The notes under the pieces were generated by a model. That model did not search any database, had not been told where the DNA came from, and saw only the letters and a list, made by a program, of their open reading frames with translations. Shown here piece by piece: positions 59,361 to 64,000 of a DNA stretch of 64,000 bases. A program made the translations under genes and the position numbers. Each line of letters opens with the position of its first letter. The first letter of the stretch is position 1. Origin of the DNA: Actinomycetes bacterium (GTDB lineage: Bacteria > Actinomycetota > Acidimicrobiia > Acidimicrobiales > Acidimicrobiaceae); NCBI GenBank assembly GCA_021805205.1, contig JAJZFV010000055.1, positions 17,287-81,286 of the forward strand, given 5' to 3'.

Positions 59361-60179
59361 ATGCACTTTGGTTCAAAGACGCCACCGGTGGCGCTTACGA
59401 TAGCCGGTTCCGACTCAGGTGGTGGAGCAGGGATTCAAGCAGATCTAAAGACCTTTGCATCACTTGGAGTCTATGGAACTTCGGTAATCACGGCCGTCAC
59501 CGCACAAAATACCCGCGGAGTATCACAAATTGAAATCATGTCCCTCGAGTCGGTACTTAGCCAGCTCGTTGCAGTCACAAACGACTTTCAAGTACGGGCT
59601 ACCAAAGTTGGTATGATCGCATCAGAGAGCCATATTCGACTAGTCGCCGACGCCGCGGCCGACGGTACTTTGCCTCGATTGATCGTCGACCCCGTAATGG
59701 TGGCGACTTCGGGCGATCGCCTAACCTCTGACACCCTTCTCGACGCCTATAGAAATATCCTCATCCCCCAAGCCCTTGTGGTCACGCCAAATATCACCGA
59801 GGCCCAAGAGCTGGCTCAGATGACCATCGAATCTTTAGCTGACATGGCAAAAGCCGCTCAAATAATCTCCAAATTCGGTGCAAAGTACGTCTATCTCAAG
59901 GGCGGACACATCAGCTCCGATGAGGCGACAGACCTCTTCTTCGATGGCTCGAACGTTCAATACTTACGCGCCAAGAGAATCAACACCCAAAATACCCATG
60001 GAACTGGGTGTACGCTATCGAGTGCCATAGCCGCCTACTTAGCGTTTGGAAAAACCGTTGATGAGGCAATTCACGGAGCCAAGATCTATATCACCCGTGC
60101 AATTAGTGGCGGAGCCAACTGGGCGCTAGGTGGAGGCCATGGACCACTGGATCACTTTTCATGGGGGCAATTGCCGTAG
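59361..60179 (+). CDS. thiD: Hydroxymethylpyrimidine/phosphomethylpyrimidine kinase
   Basis: TIAGSDSGGGAGIQADLK, TAQNT, DPVM, TPN..EA, KGGH, THGTGCT, GHGP. Confidence 0.96.
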   Translation: MHFGSKTPPVALTIAGSDSGGGAGIQADLKTFASLGVYGTSVITAVTAQNTRGVSQIEIMSLESVLSQLVAVTNDFQVRATKVGMIASESHIRLVADAAADGTLPRLIVDPVMVATSGDRLTSDTLLDAYRNILIPQALVVTPNITEAQELAQMTIESLADMAKAAQIISKFGAKYVYLKGGHISSDEATDLFFDGSNVQYLRAKRINTQNTHGTGCTLSSAIAAYLAFGKTVDEAIHGAKIYITRAISGGANWALGGGHGPLDHFSWGQLP

Positions 60180-60349
60180 TTGAAAGCTTATTGGGCGACC
60201 ATTGGACGATCCAGACCTAAGTATCTAACAGGAATAAGCTGTGGCGCACTTTTGAGTTCAAGAAGTACTTCGTCCCTGTAACAAATAGATACCCATTATC
60301 GACAAGGCAGAGGCAAGTAAATGTTAGAGGCCGTCAATCTGACGCCAAT

Positions 60350-60510
60350 GCTCCGGTAGCACAAACTCGCACAAAGAATCTCCGACGCAAAAGTCAAAAG
60401 TATCCGGTGATAGGTACCTTGACCTATGTTGATAGCAGCAGAGGGAAAAAGCTATAACAACTCCCCCCAAGACTTCGGAGATAGATCGCACTCAAGAGTG
60501 CTACCGAAGC
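60350..60510 (-). ncRNA. Candidate structured RNA or MITE-like element (161 nt)
   Basis: Nested stems: 13-bp terminal stem (perfect on the minus strand with one G-U), 8-bp AUCUCCGA/UCGGAGAU, AGUC/GACU, and two apical hairpins. Confidence 0.4.
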
Positions 60511-60573
60511 TCCGCTGGCTGCAGTTTCGAAAAGTAGCGAACTAACCATAGCCCTCCTACTCTATCGATAGGT

Positions 60574-60615
60574 AAAAAAGCATTGGCCCCCTCGGTTATC
60601 CGATGTGGGCCAATG
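60574..60615 (-). terminator. Rho-independent terminator of the MFS gene
   Basis: CATTGGCCC...GGGCCAATG stem followed by U6 on the minus strand. Confidence 0.75.
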
Positions 60616-60673
60616 AACCATATACGAAAATTTGCTAATCTACCTGTAAATCAGGTGTGAGCACTTCTAAGCC

Positions 60674-61960
60674 TTAGTCGCAAAGAACGCGAGCAGAAGA
60701 GGCGTTCAAGATGTACTCTTGCCCCCTGCTATCGATCTTCTCCAAGAAGAGATAGAGCGAGAAGAGGACGACTCCGAAGGCAAATGCGGTCAGAATCGAT
60801 GCAGCAGCGACTTGGGAGGTTGTAATACCAAGAACTATGGCAAAGACGGCATAACCAATCGAATACGAGGAGTAGAGGGCTCCATAGGCCTGTCCCCGTA
60901 TGGCAGGTTCCACGACGTAAGTAAGCGCATGGGCTCGAGCAGTATTCAAAGGCGCAATGAATAAGCCCGCCAAGAAGATCGATACCATAATCGCAGTGAG
61001 GCCCTGGACTGAGGTCGCAATTACAACAAAGGACGCAAGTCCAAGAAGTAGCGTAGCGACTTGTAACCTCGAGTCAGAGTGGGCAAAGTACTTAGACACC
61101 CGGGTAAAGATAGTACCGCCGACGATCGCGCCCAGAGACAGTAGCGCTAGGGTAAGTCCTGCGTCATAAAGTGGATAGTGGCGCGACAACAGGATAGTCG
61201 GCATGGCCACAACCACTCCACCCTCGACGATCCCCATCATCGCAGATGAAGCGAAGAGCCAATGAAGACTCTTGCGATTCCATACGCCACCTTTAGACTC
61301 CGTTACAAACTCAACCTTCTGGTCGATGCTCGACGAACTAAGCCTCTCTCGCCTCGATGAGGCTATCGCCAATGCGATGAGGGCGATAATGGCCGTAGCG
61401 ATCGAGGCGGCTCTCGGTGCAAAGGCGTAGGCGACACCGGATGCGACCAACGGAGCAACCATGAAGGCAAACTCCATCAATGAGGTGTCTAGAGAGGTGA
61501 CTCGCATCGAGGCTACCCTGTCATTTACATCTGCGGAACCAATTACAGCCTTTCGAGCTGTGGCAAAGATTCCACCACCAAGGCCACCGACTATGAACGA
61601 TGCGACGATCATAAGAACCATCGCTACCGGAGAGGTAAAGTGACCGGCGAAAACTGCTAGGGCGAACCAAAGGGCCGCCATTGGGATAAGTAGCTTCACA
61701 TACGCGCGCGAAGCAGAAAACTTATCTGAGGTCTTCGCGAGTGCGGAAGACAAAAATACTTCACCGAGGGTAAAGGCGCCGACGAGAATTGCCCCTGATG
61801 CAACAGCTCTTCGGCTCAATCCCTCTGAAATTACAAGAGCTACCGGCGCCATCGCAATTGGAAGGCGGGCCAGATTTGACTCTACGACGGTTCGAAGATT
61901 TAATCCTGGTCTCTTCGATAGGCTAGTTTTACTTTTCTTTCTTACAGTTTCGACGTACAT
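60674..61960 (-). CDS. MFS transporter
   Basis: About 12 TM helices, ARLP.AM start motif, E..F..AP, G..IAP, RGQAYG; GGAG RBS. Confidence 0.85.
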   Translation of the reverse strand: MYVETVRKKSKTSLSKRPGLNLRTVVESNLARLPIAMAPVALVISEGLSRRAVASGAILVGAFTLGEVFLSSALAKTSDKFSASRAYVKLLIPMAALWFALAVFAGHFTSPVAMVLMIVASFIVGGLGGGIFATARKAVIGSADVNDRVASMRVTSLDTSLMEFAFMVAPLVASGVAYAFAPRAASIATAIIALIALAIASSRRERLSSSSIDQKVEFVTESKGGVWNRKSLHWLFASSAMMGIVEGGVVVAMPTILLSRHYPLYDAGLTLALLSLGAIVGGTIFTRVSKYFAHSDSRLQVATLLLGLASFVVIATSVQGLTAIMVSIFLAGLFIAPLNTARAHALTYVVEPAIRGQAYGALYSSYSIGYAVFAIVLGITTSQVAAASILTAFAFGVVLFSLYLFLEKIDSRGQEYILNASSARVLCD

Positions 61961-62609
61961 TTAAACTCCATTCGCCAAAGTACACTTTCCCGAACGCCAC
62001 CTGCTATAAGCATTCGAAGATCAAAAAAGTTTCTCGGCAGAGCCAATTCTAGTCGGCAAAGCAATTGGATACGTGTGTCTAATGCCACAGCATCCCTTAT
62101 TCAAGTTCTAATGTAGTGACAATTCTTCATATGAAAAAAGACCGAATATTTATCTTTTATTTTATTGTCAGAAAGGATGCGGATCGAGCGAAGTTTACGA
62201 TTTCTCGCGCATAATACCTATTCAAGAGCGACAACCGTCCTCAATCATCAAAAAATACTCAACAAATAACTATGGTTCGAAGCAACAAAAACTTGATTCT
62301 TTTCCGATTACTAACGCCATAAGGTACAAAAGAATAGCGATCAAAATGATAAAAGAATATCAACACCTCAAACAGCAAAGTAAACAAAAAGTAAACTAAA
62401 GGTAAGCTCGGCTCACTTTGGATTAATTGGAACACGAAAAATTTAGTAGAAGGTTGTCATCGATCCCAGCTCAACCAAATCTTCTTCCAGGAAACCCCCG
62501 TGAAATGGCTTCGAGCAATTTATAGGGAATCGATTTTTAACCGTGGTAGCATTTCACTAACCGCAGTAAGTTCAAACGGTGTTGTGAGGGCAAAATCAAA
62601 GCACGTTAC

Positions 62610-64000
62610 TTGTACCAAGAGGCCTCATCAGAGCAGCTCGAATGCACCCAAATCAACGTTGAGAACTGCTCCTTCGAACCAGACCCTTCAATAGACCACG
62701 GACGAATAGCGCTCCTCGACACACTGCGCTGGAGTCTTAGTGGCGCAGGGGATAGGCTTCTAGCAATAACTAGGGGTGACGCCGACCCATCTCTCCTGCT
62801 CACAACCCCACAGGGGCGCCGATACTCTGGCGTAGCGACGGGGCATCCAAAAGACAAGCCGACTATTTCACTGAAGATACCCTTTGAATCAGTTGAACCA
62901 GAGACACTTCGAAACAAGATATCTTCGATCTCACTTCCTTTCGGAATAATTACCATCTCCGAGACTCCTTTTATGAGTTCTCGCTGCATCGGACACAACA
63001 AAAATGGGAGGTCGATCGCGACTGTCGAAAGGTTTAGCTTCGAGGGATCGCAATCGCGGTTAATCGAAATTTTCGGAGACGACGAAGTAGTAGTAGATCA
63101 GATTGCGGATCAACTTCGAGGAGCTGATGGTTCGATAGAGGTAACACTTAACGACACCATCGCTCTACTTTCTGCGATGGCAAAGCGTAAGCCGGGAGAC
63201 TTCTCCACTTCATTTGAGATCGGCTCAGGCAAAAAACTCAATGATGCACTCTATGACCTTCTCAAGAGATCTATGCCATCGCTTAGAATCGCCTATGAAG
63301 CTGTCCGTCTCGAGATCGATGAAGAGTCTCTTCACGACCTGAGGGTTATCGCACGAAGTATAAAGTCTATTTTCAGCGCAGCAGCCCGTTATCTCCCGTA
63401 CGAGGAGGTCAGCGCATTTCTCGAAGCCGTAAGTAGCTTGATCAACGTCACAACAAGCCACCGCGACATAGACGTCGCCATCGAATACCTGACGCAATTT
63501 CCAGAGTTTGAAGGCGCATGTAAAGTTCTAGAAGAACGAAGGCGATACCTAGCTGACTCATTCAAAGCTGAACTGGAAACCGCGATCGAGAGGGTTAGCT
63601 CATCCTGGAAGGTTGCTGCCGCCCGTCTGGTCGTCACCTCGAGCCGGGAGGCGATCTCAGTTGAAGAGTTCTATAAAAAAGAGGCGGAGAGGGTACACGG
63701 GAAGATAGTCCAAGGAATCAAAAGGGGTGAGGGTGGCCAAGGTCTTGCGATCGAGGAATTGCATACCCTTCGAAAGAGATTCAAAAAGTTACGTTACCTC
63801 ACTGAGACATTTCATCGTGACTCAAGTGCCGACCCATTGGCAATCACATCTAAAACCTTTCAAACTTCACTTGGACTTCTACAAGATTGCCAGGTTCTTT
63901 TAGACCTTTTATTAGACGTTGAAGAGTCGGCTGGCCCTTGGGGTCAAAGCGTGGAGGCGGCGATAGTTCATAGTCAAGAGAGGCTAGAGACCGCAAGGTT
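62610..64000 (+). CDS. CHAD-domain (polyphosphate-binding) protein with a degenerate CYTH-like N-terminus; runs off the window end
   Basis: Not in the ORF track. Frame is open from the stop at 62547-62549 to the window end, with EESLHDLRV (63321), RDIDV, EELHTLRKRFKKLRY and LGLLQD CHAD motifs; LLDTLRWSL resembles CYTH. The TTG 62610 start is uncertain. Confidence 0.8.
   Translation, partial: MYQEASSEQLECTQINVENCSFEPDPSIDHGRIALLDTLRWSLSGAGDRLLAITRGDADPSLLLTTPQGRRYSGVATGHPKDKPTISLKIPFESVEPETLRNKISSISLPFGIITISETPFMSSRCIGHNKNGRSIATVERFSFEGSQSRLIEIFGDDEVVVDQIADQLRGADGSIEVTLNDTIALLSAMAKRKPGDFSTSFEIGSGKKLNDALYDLLKRSMPSLRIAYEAVRLEIDEESLHDLRVIARSIKSIFSAAARYLPYEEVSAFLEAVSSLINVTTSHRDIDVAIEYLTQFPEFEGACKVLEERRRYLADSFKAELETAIERVSSSWKVAAARLVVTSSREAISVEEFYKKEAERVHGKIVQGIKRGEGGQGLAIEELHTLRKRFKKLRYLTETFHRDSSADPLAITSKTFQTSLGLLQDCQVLLDLLLDVEESAGPWGQSVEAAIVHSQERLETAR

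Noticed and set aside
62131-62694. Short ORFs 62131..62214 and 62500..62694, and minus-strand ORFs at 62606, 63225 and 63389
   Set aside because: No support of their own; the long CHAD frame explains the coding signal.

Overview
A 64 kb, gene-dense window of core chromosome with no mobile element, CRISPR array, rRNA or intact tRNA visible. Gene content suggests an actinobacterium, probably an acidophilic member of Acidimicrobiia (inference from an F420/PPOX enzyme, DUF501, DUF1707, leaderless promoters and charge-poor secreted proteins). In order it holds: the 5' part of sufB; oligopeptidase B; a minus-strand block (RodZ-like DUF4115 protein, FtsH paralogue, rmlC, MBL hydrolase, solo PilT, membrane GGDEF/EAL protein, secreted Ser/Thr-rich protein); three enzymes resembling the lower ethylmalonyl-CoA pathway (Mch, Mcd, Mcl); fumC; an NlpC/P60 hydrolase; pyk; lgt; a form II coxSLM-DE-I-mocA-G operon; the conserved glmU-prs-rplY-pth-mfd-surA-mazG-eno-ftsB block; a GH30; an M20 peptidase; an acyl-CoA ligase; thiOSG-thiD; an MFS transporter; and a CHAD protein cut by the window end. 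The most notable unannotated items are a twin C-loop 6C-like sRNA (39543-39593) and a 161-nt structured intergenic element (60350-60510) that overlaps a 41-aa ORF and is complementary over 14 nt to that sRNA. Also notable are a GlmU lacking its acetyltransferase active site, DUF501 joined to the cox operon, and an EAL-PilT-MBL signalling block. All family assignments come from motif recognition by eye; no database searches were run.
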